A DNA stretch of 64,000 nucleotides from Eledone cirrhosa (GCA_964016885.1 OZ024740.1:68014001-68078000), one strand, 5' to 3'. Counted from the stretch's first letter, positions 24,717-39,063 are shown. Made by a program: numbers and translations. The notes: a model not told the origin generated them from the letters alone.

Positions 24717-25432
24717 AATTCCAACCTTGACTATCAACGCATCGCTTAAGGTGGTCGCTTTAAGAGTAACCAGTATAATAAAACCCCTACCATAACATTT
24801 TGATTAAGATATCTACAAACCACTCTCTCCTATTTCTCCAACCCCTGCCTATCTTTCTCTCTCTCTTCCCCTCCCCTACTTTTATCTCTTCCTTTTTTAC
24901 TCTATCTTCTCCAATAACCTCACTTACATCGTACATTGTACATTTTAACCATTCTGATGATACAGTGGTCACAGCATTTGATAATTGAGTTTTGCAAATA
25001 GTTGTAAATTTGCACATAGCATAACTGGGCTGTATAACCACCGTGGACACATTTGTAAGCACACGGAATAAATTACCTTTTTATGATGTCTACCTGTTAT
25101 TATTCATTCTTTATATATATATTTATATATATATATATATATTCATGAAATAACAACAGCACAGCCATTCAAAAATTAGTATGAATATAAGTGAGGCATA
25201 AAACAATTAACTCAACAAAACGGGAAAGATAAAACAAAAAAGTAAACGTTTTCATGATACTTAAGATTTTCTTTCGTGAAAACATTTTACAAGAGTGACC
25301 AACATACACATACTTAAACATTGTCCCTAATTCTATCACATCTTATCTCTCGGTCACTACGGAATATGAACCTAATTACATGTCTCTCCCTCATTCTTCC
25401 CCGTACTCTGTCTCTCTTCTCTAATTAAATAA

Positions 25433-25506
<74 letters not shown>

Positions 25507-25744
25507 TCATCCATTCATCCAACCATCCATCCATACATCAATCCGGCCATACATACACGCGTAAACACATGTGTATTTGTAAAACATCGTCACAAAAGAA
25601 AGAGTTGGTGGGAGCTCTTCGGCCACGAAATCCTTTAGGAATAAAACATAATCAAGCTGTTAATATGAGTAGAATCACCCACGAAATTAAGTGTTAATTC
25701 ATCTTTTTTTTTTTAAATAATTACACATACATATACGTAAATAG

Positions 25745-26310
25745 ACATGTATTTACTGTGTCTGGATATTATCTTTATTTCTATGTTCCCTAGTGTGCTC
25801 CCATTTTACAATTTGGTGGAGTACTGATGAGTTCTTCCAGTGTTGGATTTCTCACCAGTGTTCATTTATCCTTTCAGCAAATAGTAATTAGGGATAAGAT
25901 AAAGACACACAGATTGACAGATTGAACAAACAACCAGTTGGTGAGAAGTAAATAAACGTATAAATAAATAAAATCACCACCTCCACTCCCGGATATATTG
26001 CATGCGCAACACATCTAAAGAGCACGCCACACACAAAAACAAGATTGTGTAGGACAGAATAAAGGAGTGACACACAACTAATTAGTCACTGAAGCGGTCA
26101 GAGGATTTGTGACGAAAGAGACTGGACAATAAATAAACCATCCGTTTATTAAACCAGCCAACAGGATGTTTGTAGTTAGTTGAAGTGAAAACCAACATTT
26201 GCAAAAGTTTGTATTGAGTTGTTATGATCCTCCTAATGACCCTCCTAATGTATAACACTGTATGTTTTAACACACGTTTTCAGATAAGAAATCTTGCAAA
26301 ACAAATACAA
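25745..26310. mobile_element. Old diverged family-A PLE remnant
   Basis: 25745-25885 resembles the EN region near 42540-42690. 25890-26305 resembles the reverse complement of 42030-42440, with a degenerate hammerhead at about 26085-26128. Confidence 0.65.
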
Positions 26311-26329
26311 ACACGAAGTATATATATAT

Positions 26330-27505
26330 ATAAGAGAATATTGAAGTTTACTTGAAGCATTGTGGAATAATATGATTTAATATCTTTTGGCCGTTTGGAA
26401 GCCTCATCAATGCAGATGGGTAATTCTCCGGGTAACAGGAACCGGTGATGAAGAGAGAGATGTAAGGGAATGTAGAAGAACGTAGAAGAACGTGTGTAGA
26501 GAAACGTAGGAAAGAGCGTAACAAATAAAAATAATAACATGAGATAGAGTTACCCTCGGAGAGATTTAATTGTCTCTATATTTCGGATTCGCATCCATCA
26601 ACTGGGTTTTTTTCCGGTTTGGGGGTGTTATCGTCGGAGAGGAATGGAACGTGTCCTCTGCTGTTCGCTGTTCGTGACTAATTGAGGTATGCTGCAGCGC
26701 GCGTGCGCGCGGAATCGGTGCAGTCAAGCAGAAGTCGAATTAGTTGTTTTAATTGTGGAAGTGGGATGGCGTTAGCTGTCAGTCCATTGTACTATTTATC
26801 TGTGTTGGTTTTTTGGTACTGGCAGTGAAGTATAGTCGTATGGTAGTAGTATTCTGCCTGGTATCTTTTTTTTAGGTCGGTGGATGGTGGCGGTGCTACA
26901 CACACAAAAACAACCGTTGGAATGTCACTGTGTATGTGTGCGGGTGTTGGTGACTCGTTAGTTTACATCAACCACCTCATCTCGCTTCTCTCGGATCGGT
27001 TATTTATGTGTGGCCCTAGGCGTTTGATCCAAAGTGCTTCCTTGATTCGTAGCGTGCCGACGTTGCGTTTTGTCACTACCACTGTGACAATGGGCCTTCC
27101 GTCTTTGTTTCCGCATTTAGTGATGTGTTTCAGGAAATACGAGGCCCTGGTGTTCATGTTCTCCTTGATCCGGATATGTAGCTGCCAGATTGTGCTACCG
27201 ATATAGTAGTCGTTGCACTTGTCACATTACACCCTGTATACCTCGTATGTGCGTAAGCAACAGTTCGTATGGCGCATCAGACAGCTTACGAGGAAACACG
27301 CGTCAGTCGATTTCCCGGGTTCCCTGGAGAGGCATCTCCGCAGGGAGGGACCCGAGTGGGCCAGGTGGATGTTGAGGACCTCTCTCCGTATAGCTCTACG
27401 TCAGCAAATGCGGAAACAAAGACGGAAGGCCCATTGTTACAGTGCTAGTGACAGAACGCAACGTCGGCACGCTACGTATCAAGGAAGCACTTTGAGGCTT
27501 CCAAA
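26330..27505 (-). mobile_element. 5'-truncated PLE with GIY-YIG remnant and short inverted 5' segment
   Basis: Minus 26963-27245: EVYRV*CDKCNDYYIGSTIWQLHIRIKE...LRIKEALWIKRLGPHINNRSE. 27405-27493 is the reverse complement of about 27031-27118. Degenerate hammerhead near 26378-26411. Confidence 0.82.
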
Positions 27506-27524
27506 ACAACCAAACACATATTAA

Positions 27525-27595
<71 letters not shown>

Positions 27596-27939
27596 TGAAA
27601 CAAAATATATGTATAAGTGTCGTTTTACAATAAAAAATAAATACATTTAAAATGAAACTCCGTCTCATCAAACCTAATATATAGCATCGATGAAAGACAA
27701 ACGCCCGAAAAGTTATGATTCTTTTTCTACCATATCAAGTGTTAAATCCAACACACATATATGAATATATTATATTGAATCTGGAAGTAACGGAAGGCAC
27801 CTGAGTCACTAAAATAGGAATGACCTTTCCCATATTAAATTTGCGTTTGGTGGCGGGATAATACACAAACACACACACAAATACACAAACATACACACCA
27901 CACACTCACACATATATACAAAAAAACACACACACACAC

Positions 27940-27983
<44 letters not shown>

Positions 27984-28090
27984 CCCTACTCCTCCCGCAC
28001 CCAGTCTAGTATTTCCTGTGTGAAGTGACCGAGTTCCTGCGCATGCGCGTTCGTACGTTTGTCCTTCCTGTTCCTATAACCATACACATC

Positions 28091-28130
28091 CCGAGCTGAA
28101 TATCCGCGAAAGTGAAACAATTGTTCTCGG
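28091..28130 (+). ncRNA. Degenerate minimal hammerhead in a short TA-flanked remnant
   Basis: CCGAG-CTGAATA-...-GAAAC-AATT-GTT-CTCGG. 5-bp stem I, palindromic stem III, G8 lost. Downstream gtgaactaactgttgtg also at about 12349. Confidence 0.5.
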
Positions 28131-28159
28131 TATGGTGAACTAACTGTTGTGTAACCACT

Positions 28160-28190
<31 letters not shown>

Positions 28191-28573
28191 TTGTATATGC
28201 AGTTGTGGACTGGGTCTAAATATATTGGTTACCAGATGAAATGCGCCCACCTACATATAGAATGCTATCATTTAATTTTATAATTAATAAGTAACACTGG
28301 AAACAAAGTGGAAACGAGATAGTGCAATCAAATTTTTGCGCAAAAACATATTACGTTCTCCAATAAAAAATATGACTTTTGCGAAATCCAGAGACTTACA
28401 ATAATGACCTTTGGTCTTTCACATTCACTCAATATATATATATATACACCACCTTCACCACTAATTAATTTGACAGATGTCTTTAACTCATTGATACCAA
28501 ATATTATTTGGTTATTGCTGTCCTTGTGCCAAAAGTAGAAACAATTATTTGGTAAGTAGTTCGTGTGTAAGTA

Positions 28574-28613
<40 letters not shown>

Positions 28614-28650
28614 CACACATACGCACACACACGCACACACACACACACAG

Positions 28651-28717
<67 letters not shown>

Positions 28718-28834
28718 AGGTGTGTGTGTGTGTGAGGTGTGTGTGTGAGGTGTGTGTGTGTATGTATACATACATATATATACGCACACACTTTTTTCTG
28801 AAATGAAATGTTCTGTGTCATTTCATTATTGTAT

Positions 28835-29045
28835 TGGCAGTATCTGTAGAGAGTCGGACGCCACGTTTTGTAGCATAAAGTTACGTCCCATTACGGTCTG
28901 GGTTCAAATCCCGCCAAGGTTAACTTAACTTTGCATTTCATCCTTACGGGTTCGATAAAATAAAGTACCAGTCACACACTGGGGGTGATTTAGTCGACTT
29001 TCCCCTCTTCCAAATTACTAGCCGGGGTGCCTATAGTAGAACTCA
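28835..29045 (+). mobile_element. tRNA-derived SINE of the octopus type
   Basis: tggcagtatctgtagag...GGTTCAAATCCC (B box)...tttcatccttacggg..cgataaaataaagtaccag...ctggggg. Confidence 0.8.
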
Positions 29046-29999
29046 TTATTACGCAAGTACTGCATTATGCAGGAGAAAAAGAACCAAAGAAAAGCTTGTG
29101 ACCACCAAGCAGTGCATCTATATAACTCTGAGTGAAGAGAATCTGCTGGTGGGTTATTAGAATAGCAATTTAGCAGATGCTGAGTCTTGATCAGCTCTGC
29201 TCATATCACCTGAATGTTGGTCTGTATTGTAAGGTGAGAAATCTGCAGTGAATCCAATACACGATACCGATGATGTGTCAATGTACATGCATCTATACAT
29301 ATTCGAGGAACTTTGTAAATGAGAATATATGATAAACATATGAGTTCAAGAAATATATATTAGATGCAGGCATATCCGAATATCTAATATGTCCTCATTT
29401 TTTATAATAAGGTTCAAGGTTCGATCCCACTGCATGAAAGTTTGGGCAAGTGGCTCTGGATAAACGTAAACAGTATAAAATACCATTTCATTGACTGTAT
29501 CTTTATTTTAATGAGTCAACGTTATGATGAGGGTGAAAGCGGTTGTAGAATACTCAGTCACCTACATGTAAAATTCAAAAGTAAGCCATTCCGTTGGTCG
29601 GCGATGTGGAACAATCACCGTCGGAATCCGGTGTAGGTTCATTTACAATCTTTGTAATTTTCAAAGCACATGGGGTAAAGAATTGGTATCCCTTAATGTC
29701 AATTTTTCTTTCTTGAATTGTTCAGATGACTGAAAAGGATTGTGCCTTTCGACTCTCCTTTCTCTACGAAATGGTAAAGTTTCTGCTACCGATATTGTGA
29801 TTCAAATACTAAAGAATGATGTTTGTATGTATGACAATTCTTGGGTTTAATGGTATTTCAAAAATATCTAGTATAGCAACAGTAGCAGCAGCAGTATTAT
29901 TATTATTATTATTGTTGTTATTACTCTTTGAGTCTCAGTCATCAATGTTAGTTACCTGGAAAGTTTGTTGAAATGAATATCAAGCCACTACCTACAGCC

Positions 30000-30863
30000 T
30001 CAGATATTCAGGACGTATCGGAGGGTTTTTGCTGTTCCCAGCAAGCAGGCCTTTTGAAGCGTTCCAAAATGCGTGAAGGGGCCAATTTTCTTTAACCATC
30101 CGTGGAAACCATTTGAGTTAGTCCCTAGTGCGCCTATGACAATTGGGATCACTTTGACTTCATGGCAGTTCCAAATCCTTTTTACCTCCCACTTTAAGTC
30201 ATGGTATCGGTTAATTTTCTCCCTCTCCTTCTCTTGCACTCTCGTGTCGAATAGGCAGGCCACATCCACAATCAGGCACGATCTTTTTTCTTTGTCCACA
30301 ACTACCAGGTCAGGTCTATTGTGTTCCAGTTTCTTGTCCGTCTGTATCCTAATATCCCACAGCACCTTCACCTGATCGTTTTCTATCACCGCCTCTGGCT
30401 TATGCTCATACCACTTCTCAGAATGTGGTAAATTGTTTACTTTGCATAGGTAACAGTAGATCACCCTGCCCATCCCATCATGTCTCCAGGCCTTATAGTG
30501 AGTCTGGGCTAAGTGTTTACACTTGGATACAATGTGAGCCACAGTCTCCTCTCTCTCTCCACAGATCCTGCACAGTAGGCTAGCCTCCTCCTTGTAAATA
30601 TGGTGTTTCAACCACTTCGTTTTGAGGGCCTGTTCCTGCGCAGCCATTAACATTCCTTCTGTAGCCTTTTTAAGGTCTCCTCTTTTCAACCAGTTCCATG
30701 ACTGTGGATCTCTAAATTCAGTTTTCTCAAAGAAGGTACTATGAAGGGATTTTTCCTGAAGGCTGCTCTTTCTCCTTGATGTTATTTCCTCCTTGGACAT
30801 CCCCTGGCCTATTGTCCGCTCCTTCAGTACAGTTCTGAGCATTGGCTCCTTACTATCAGACAC
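30000..30863 (-). pseudogene. CCHC zinc knuckle + restriction-like (PD..D) endonuclease
   Basis: CRIC-x8-H-x4-C, RHD, RPD...D...K..Y motifs. Confidence 0.92.
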
Positions 30864-32017
30864 GCATGTGTGTAGGTATTTTTCTCCATCTGAACACAGT
30901 CCTCTATGCTGATAAGACCTCTTCCACCCTCAGATCTCCTTAAGTAGAGTCTATCGACATCACTCCTCTTGTGGAACATGTTGTAGATAGTCAATAGCTT
31001 CCTAGTCTTCCTATCCATTTCTTGCTTTTCAGCAGCATTCCATCTCAGAATTCCCGCACTGTACCTAATAATAGACACCGCTCGGGAATTTACTGCACTT
31101 ATGGCATTCCTACTGTTCAGATGTGACTTTAATACGCTCCTTACTCTCCGAATGTATTCAGTTCTTATCAATTCCTTCATTTTTTTGTTCTTGATGTCAT
31201 CAGTCTCCAGAACGCCCAAATACTTGTATCCTTCTTCAGAGTCAATTTCCTTTATCATCTCACCCGTTGGTACCTGGATTCCGTTACTTCTGCTCAACTT
31301 ACCCCTCTTCATCACAATGACTCCACACTTACTAATACCAAATTGCATACATATATTATTGGTGAAAATACGAACAGTGTCAACAAGCACATCCAACTCC
31401 TTCTCACTCTTCCCGAAGAGCTTAAGATCGTCCATGAAGAGGAGGTGATTGATGGTAAGCCCTCCCTTTCCCAACCTGTATCCTGCTCTCACTTTTCGCA
31501 GTACACTGGTCAGGGGCATCAGGGCAAGGACAAACAACAGAGGGGACAGACTATCTGCCTGGTAGATACCTCTCTTGATCTTCACGCTTCCCAATGATTC
31601 TACAGTTGATGTTAACTCTGTTTCCCAGGACTTCATATTTTTGCCCAACAACTGTCGGATGTTATCTGCCACCTTGAAGATCTCCAGGCTTTTGGTGATC
31701 CAAGAATGAGGCACCATGACAAATGCCTTTTTGTAGTCTATCCATCCCATGGCAAGACCAGTGTGTCTCCTCTTGCAATTCCTCATTACCATCTTATCAA
31801 TGAGTAACTGGTCCTTTGTACCGCGTGACTTCTTTCGGCATCCTTTCTGTTCGTCCGGTAACAAGTTGTTTGTGTGGAGGTGATGGTAGATTTCCTCAGA
31901 CATAATGCTTGTCAACAGTTTCCACATTACGGACAGACATGTGATAGGTCTATAGTTGGTAACATCATTACTCTTGATTCGGTCTTTCATTATCAGAACT
32001 CTGGTACCTTTTGTCAA
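30824..32017 (-). pseudogene. Non-LTR reverse transcriptase domain
   Basis: 397-aa open segment with RT motifs including FMDD. Upstream in-frame TAG at 32018-32020 and downstream frameshift near 30860. Confidence 0.93.
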
Positions 32018-33329
32018 CTACTCTGGTACCTCACCTGACATCAAGCAGTCATTGAACATGGTTTTCTGTTTCGGGTGGAGGGATGTTATATTTTTAATCC
32101 AATACCCCTGCACACCATCTGGGCCTGGTGATTTCCAGTTGGTTAGTTTTTTGGCCTGCCCCTTAAGAGTTTCAACTGTGATACTCAAATCAGTTTGTTG
32201 GTGTGCCTGTTCACTAATCTCCTCCTGTACTGTCTCAATCCACACTGCCTGGTCATTATGTTTAACATCCTGCTCCCATATTCCTCTCCAGAATGTTTTA
32301 GTTTGTTACGCCTCAGAGATCAAGTCGTTGCCTCTTTCTTTCCCTTCAAGCTGTCCAAACAGCATCTTCTGGTTGTTGTCGAACATGCGGTCCTGTCTAT
32401 ACTGGCTGACTCTGTTCTCGTATCGCCTGATTTTTGCACTCTTTGCTACAATGCGTTGCTTCAGTTCCTCTATGATAATATTTAGCTTTTTCCTCCTAGT
32501 TTTGTACTTTATTTCCAGTCTATTTTTAGTGTCTATGTTTTTTAGTGTCCCATTCAGTAGGGACTCAAGCTTTCCAATGTCATTTCTCATTTCCCTGATT
32601 TGACCACTCAGTCGTTTCTTCCACCAAGGCTCTGCTCTTTCTTGTCTGTTGTTTCCTCTCGCTTTTATACCAAGTAGTTTCCTCACCGTATTTGCTGTTG
32701 CTTTGAGGATATTGTTGCACTGGTGAAGGCTCCTCGCCTCAAGGTATGGGATGACTCTGTTTACCTTAGCTGTTGTTTCTTTTAACTTTTTTCCTGTCTA
32801 CAAATCATAGGTTCATAGGTCTCCCACTATAATTGTTCAATTCATCTACCACTAAGTTGAGGATATCAACCAAATCTTGTCCTAGCCCATCAGCATTCAT
32901 CTCCTCAATGGCCGTATCTCTGTTCCAGGTATTATTTACCTTAGCATTCAGATGATTGTCTGCTTCGGGTGGTTCCTTCGTTCTCTCGACCTCTTCACCT
33001 TCATTTCCCACTGTCTCGTTTGCCTGGCATACTCCACTCTCCATCTCCAAGCTAATCTCTCTGCTCAGTTTCTCCAGTTCCAGCTCGCTTATCCACCCAT
33101 TAGTTCTTATTACCCGAGCCTGCCCGGCCAGTTTTTGTTCATCTAATTTAAATAGACGAATCTCGTTCCAGATGTTATGCATCCGTTTCCTATAGCCTTT
33201 CTCCATGGGGTTACTCTTCAGGTAACATTGCATAACAGTTCTATTCAATTCTTTCGTCCAGTTGGTTCTGGTCCCTTTCCTTCTTATTTTTCCGACGATT
33301 ATTATTATTATTATTGCTATTGTTATTCC

Positions 33330-33826
<497 letters not shown>

Positions 33827-34356
33827 GCAAGATGGGGAGGAGGTGTATCAGAACTTATAGCTATCGTTGTGGATGTTGTTTTTATTGTCTAGCCCCAGCT
33901 ATGGATACTAGTCAATGGAAATTATCCAGTGTATAGACATTTTAGATAATGTAGTCCTAGATACCACTTAAAAGTCAAGAGATCTCTAATCTTAGATATG
34001 GTAGATCAGGATTAGTCAGCAAATAACCACTAACGATTATACTTCAAGAGATTAAAGAGTAAAATCCTCTTACATATCATCCTTTATAAAAAAAATAATG
34101 TCTTCAGAATGAAATGGAAACATTAAAAAGCCAATACATAATACCCATAAAATGTTCATAGGCCGGCTGGATGTGGCTTGATCTGTAGATAAATAACAAC
34201 GAAAACTTCACGATTATGCTGTGCATTGACTAATCGATGAATAAAACAAATGTTTCGTGTGCATGGATGTTTATTTGGTGTTGCCTAATATCAGACGCAT
34301 TGCGGTATTATACAAGACTGTACTAACTCCGGCTATTATTATTTTGTTGCTGTTGG

Positions 34357-34395
<39 letters not shown>

Positions 34396-35194
34396 CACAC
34401 ATAAATTTATGCAAGTAGTTATGTATTTATTTTTATTTTGCTATCAAAAATGTTATTTCATTTTTTATCGACCAATATTTAATACGCAAAACTTTGTGAT
34501 ATATTTTAAAATAGATTTAAAATAGATTTAAATTCTAGAAGTTAATCTTTATCACGTTTAGAAGATTTAATGCGAATAATATTTTTTACTACTGAAAGCA
34601 AAGTAAACTTTGCCAAGTCGTATAATTGTGCTTTAATTGCAGGACAGCTACTGATCCGGCTCTTAAGAAACAAGAAGTTCAGACATATTTGAATTTGGGG
34701 AAACAACCTTATGGCATTATATATTTACTTTGTAGATTTTCAACTTTTATCTATTAGATTATAAACAATAAGTGATTCACGTGTAGTAGTTACCACGAAA
34801 GATTTCTTTTGTTGCTGCTTATGGAGCTAACTCAATATCACGAAACAGTACGGTGCAAGCTATTTAGTAGGGTGTTGTAATGTGTCTACCATCTTACTGA
34901 CTTAAACACCACAATCATCACTAGCAACAGCAATACTAATAATAATGTTTTCTGATTTAGGCACAAGGCCAGCAAATTTGAGAGGAGGATAAAGTAAATT
35001 ATATTGACACCAATGCTTGAAATGAACTTTATTTTATCGACTGAGGAAGAATTAAGAAAAAAAGAGGATTTATACACGCACACACGAACACACACACACA
35101 CACACACACACCCATAATTATATATATATATATTATTATTATTATTACTAATTAACTAAAACTATTGAAATAAGGATTATTATCTGTTTATGTG

Positions 35195-35365
35195 AGGGCA
35201 GTCAATTGGCAGTATCCGTCGAGCATCGGACAATAGGTTGTTCGGTATGCAGTTACGTCCCATTACGTTCTGAGTTAAAATTCCGCCGAGATTAGCTTTG
35301 CCTTTCATCCATACGGGTTTGATAAAATAAGCATCAGTAATGCACTAAGATTGATTTAATCGACG
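35195..35365 (+). mobile_element. tRNA-derived SINE of the octopus type
   Basis: ttggcagtatccgtcgagc...ctgagttaaaattccgccgag...ctttgcctttcatcc. A 3' fragment of the same family lies at about 34950-35045 (minus). Confidence 0.78.
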
Positions 35366-36606
35366 TTGTGTAAATATATATATAATGCGCGTATCTCTGT
35401 GTGAGTGTGTGTGTGTATTTCTGTATGTGTGTATATCTTTTAAACATGTCACAGTATCGTTGAATACTTTGTTTTTTCCCTCACATCACCAAATTACGTC
35501 TAAATTGTTATTTAATGCTCTTTCCATTAAATACGTTAACACTAATGTTCAACGAAAATGGCATCCTTGTAATATTTATTGTTTTAACAATCATATTTTC
35601 ACTCACAATCTAGTGTAGAATCTTGTATATTTACTTTATGATAGCCGAATATTAATTCAGTAAATACTGAATATACATTACCGGTGCTAAGATTACAGTG
35701 CTCATACAACTAAGAGGAGCAACAGTGAATCTTAAAGGATCACAGTTTTATAAAAATTTGTGAAATTAAATAAAATAAATAATGATTTCTTATGATCAAT
35801 AAGTACATCACTAGAGAACCTTGTCGCAATGAAGAGGGTCTTAATACGTTACATTATTTGCAGTGGCAAGTGTGGAATATGTTGTGGACATTGAAGGCTT
35901 ACTAATTATCGTAATGTGTTCAGACCAATCAGTTTCAAAACTAGGTTTGCTAAAATTATTCATTCTCGAGAATGGAGCATATAACTGGAAAATAGAGGAA
36001 TCCAGGGTTAGCCAAGAGCACTAAATTGCGTTGACATTCATGTAATAGTCGAATTTTTAGACTATAATTTGAAGCATATTTATGTCGTCGACTCATGTGT
36101 AGCTACTGCATGTTGCTAGGACCTAAAACATCTAGAATCATATTTTAGACGAAATACCTGCAACATTCCAAATATTTTTGGTGAAAGATGAGGCTTCGAA
36201 TTTTATATATGGTAAGCTGAAAAATATGATTCACCAATGAGATTAAATTAATTGTAAAAAGTGTCAAGATTTAACCTCCTGTACTTATAGAACGGAAATT
36301 ATATTAGACATAGAGTACAATTTATTTTTCGTTATGCCATAAAGCTTTCTATTCAGCCCGTGCTTTAAATATGTTAACACCAACGAAACTTTAAATTAAT
36401 GTTCATTTACGTCTTCCTGATTTAAACATACATCAGCTGTTGGTGTTGTTAACCACTGTCAGATGTCAAATTTTACCAAACAGCTGCAGATGTGCGCAGT
36501 CATGCGTGAATCACGTCCTGTTAGAATGCACTTCCCTCTCATGTCTCTCTGGCACAGAAATATCACTCCTTCTCTCTCATTCTATCTCTCCTTTTCTCCC
36601 TCTCTC

Positions 36607-36656
<50 letters not shown>

Positions 36657-36660
<4 letters not shown>

Positions 36661-36693
36661 TTATTAAAATAACAGATTAAAGTTTATTATTAT

Positions 36694-36700
<7 letters not shown>
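36657..36700. mobile_element. About 40-bp remnant made only of the two family-B termini
   Basis: ttattaaaataacagattaaagt (same as 16112-16134) joined to ttattattattactat (reverse complement of the tail end at 16022/56753), inside (TA)n. Confidence 0.7.
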
Positions 36701-36724
<24 letters not shown>

Positions 36725-36985
36725 ACAGAGCGATAGTACCACAACGTGTAATTAATTTTACGATTGTTGGGAAGGAAAAAGTGTGTCTCAACTTGTCAGG
36801 TGTTAGCCTTCATTAGGAGGAGTAAACATAATAGAAATAGTGGGTTGGTAGGCAAAGGCAAAATGAAAATAATGTTTATTAGCATGGGTAATGTGTGCAA
36901 GGGTGTGGTGAAGTGACATAGGAGCATCCGGATTGTTTATTGCGGATCCTTCATTGATACTAATGTGTGTATATTGATAGGTCAC

Positions 36986-37044
<59 letters not shown>

Positions 37045-37104
37045 TCTCGCTCTCGCTCTCTTTCTCTCTCTCTCTCTCTCGCCCTCTCTCTCTCTCTCGC
37101 GCGC

Positions 37105-37144
<40 letters not shown>

Positions 37145-37561
37145 ACTTTGATAACTTTGGTAGGTTTCAGCCAGTATTGGCCCAGGCCATGTCTAACGTA
37201 ATAGCACCACCTGGCGAAGTCTTACAAATCAGTGTTTGGGCAACATGGCCCACTCGAGCAGAGAGTCATTGTTTACGGAGGCATATCCGGGTTTTGGAGG
37301 CTTATCCGGGATTTCTGGAACGAATTTATCCAAATACTTCTTGAACTAGATGGGGTCTGTCTCTGCTTTGATGTGTTTTGGTGTAATGTTAAAGACTGCA
37401 GGGCCAATTGAGGTGAAATAATTGTGCCGTATTGTTGTTATGTGATGCGAGTGGGATTTTTGTCGTTGGTAGGTAGCACGGTGCCCAATCGTTGGGTGTA
37501 CACTAAAGGTTATGCCAACATCATTTGGGCTAAGCTGATGGAATATTTTCCACATATACAT
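37145..37561 (-). mobile_element. 3' end of a CR1/L2-group LINE
   Basis: YMWKIFHQLSPND...HPTIG...TIRHNYFTSIGPAVFNITPKHIK...*FKKYLDKFVPEIPDKP, then a short tandem tail (aaagttatc). 5'-truncated. Confidence 0.7.
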
Positions 37562-37571
37562 ATCTATATAA

Positions 37572-38555
37572 ATTGAATAGAATGAAACGAAATTTCATTT
37601 CTCACTTTTAGTACGGCACTTACTTAAATGCAAGTATGTATGTATGTATGTATACGTACATACATATATGTATACAGACGTACATCAGTATGTATATATA
37701 TACACACATGCACACATATATATATGCACGTATCGGTTTACCGAACATTTATTATAATGTTCGGTTTGTTTGTTTGTAACAAACAAACATCCCGAATTAC
37801 GCCGTCAGTGTTTAGGCAAACACATCACCTTTTTGTTCAACACTGACACAGGAACGATGTACTAGTTTCAAGGTTATTAGCTATCGTCAGCATACTATAC
37901 CTTCCTGCCAGATGGTTGAACGTCTGAAAGTATATACTTTCCTTATGCATAATAACGGCTGAGCAGCCTAATTTGCATATCGAGTGAGTTCAGTCGGCCG
38001 GGCACACCGAAAACGATAAATGGAATAGAATGAACGAAATTTCATTTCTCACTTTTAGTACGGCACTTACTTAAATGTATGTATATATGTATACTTACAT
38101 ACATATATGTATACAGACGTACAGTAGTGTGTATATATATACACACATGCACACATATATATATGAACGTATCGGTTTACCGAACATTTATTATAATGCT
38201 CGGTTTGTTTGTTTGTAAACAAACAAACAGCCCGAGTTACGTCGTACAGTGTTTAGGCAACCACGTCACCTCTTTGTTCAACACTGACACAGGAACGATG
38301 TACTAGTTTCAAGCTTATTAGCTATCGTCAGCATCGTATACCTTCCGGCCGGATGGTTGAACGTCTGAAAGTATATACTTTCTTATGCAAATTAATGGTT
38401 GAGCAGGGTAATTTGCATATCGAGTGAGTTTAGTCGGCCGGAGACACCGAAAACGATAAATGGAATAGAATGAAACGAAATGTCATCTCTCACTCTTGTT
38501 ACAGCACTTACTTAAAAGCAAGTATGAATGTATGTATACAGACGTACAGTAGTAG
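37572..38555. repeat. Tandem repeat, about 445 bp unit, about 2.2 copies
   Basis: gaatagaatgaaacgaaat..ctcact..tagtacggcacttacttaaa recurs at about 37575, 38023 and 38463. A dispersed fragment lies at 56461-56560. Confidence 0.88.
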
Positions 38556-38592
<37 letters not shown>

Positions 38593-38599
<7 letters not shown>

Positions 38600-39063
38600 A
38601 TGCTTTGGGAGTGTCATGTTGCCAATAAGAAACACACGCACCAGTTGCTTTCAATTCAATTTATTTTAAATGAAATTCATAAATTTAGGAATTTATAAAT
38701 TTCCGGTTGGTTGGTTGGTTCCACAACCAGACGATTGTTCATATATTGTCAAAGTTGTTTCGTTACACATTATGTGACCTCGTCAGTGACTGGGGATTCT
38801 TTTCTTTGTTTTGACACTGAAGAGGTCACGTAATGTGTGTAGAAAGAACTTTGACAATATATGAACAATCGTCTGATTGTGGAACCAACCAACCAATCGG
38901 ATTATTTATAAATTCCTAAATTTATAAATTTAATTCATAATAAATTGAAGTGAAACAACTTGTGCGGGTGTTTCTTATTGGCAACATGACCCTCCCACAG
39001 CATAAAAATATCGGTTTCAACTCACGTTTTCAGATAAAGAATCTTGCTAAACAAATTCAGAAA

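Larger units (their letters stand above)
23464..25113 (-). mobile_element. Naiad-like PLE, 5'-truncated, with inverted pseudo-LTR
   Basis: Arms about 23607-24011 and 24717-25113, tail 23464-23606, GIY-YIG remnant 24278-24716, TA tracts on both sides. Confidence 0.9.
29925..33297 (-). mobile_element. Near full-length R4/Dong-type non-LTR retrotransposon (RT + restriction-like endonuclease), decayed
   Basis: Colinear ORF pieces: N-terminal WTKELN...GYRKRMHNIW; NWKSPGPDGVQGYWIK; NYRPITCL; IDYKKAF; [13 protein letters not shown]; [11 protein letters not shown]; YKYLG; CRICGEREETVAHIVSKC; RHD; NRPDLVVVDK..IVDVAC..EKINRY. Broken by stops and frameshifts. (ATT)n on both sides. Confidence 0.92.

Noticed and set aside
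28835-29045. tRNA genes suggested by B-box-like GGTTCAAATCCC motifs
   Set aside because: No cloverleaf. The motifs are heads of multi-copy SINEs with shared bodies.
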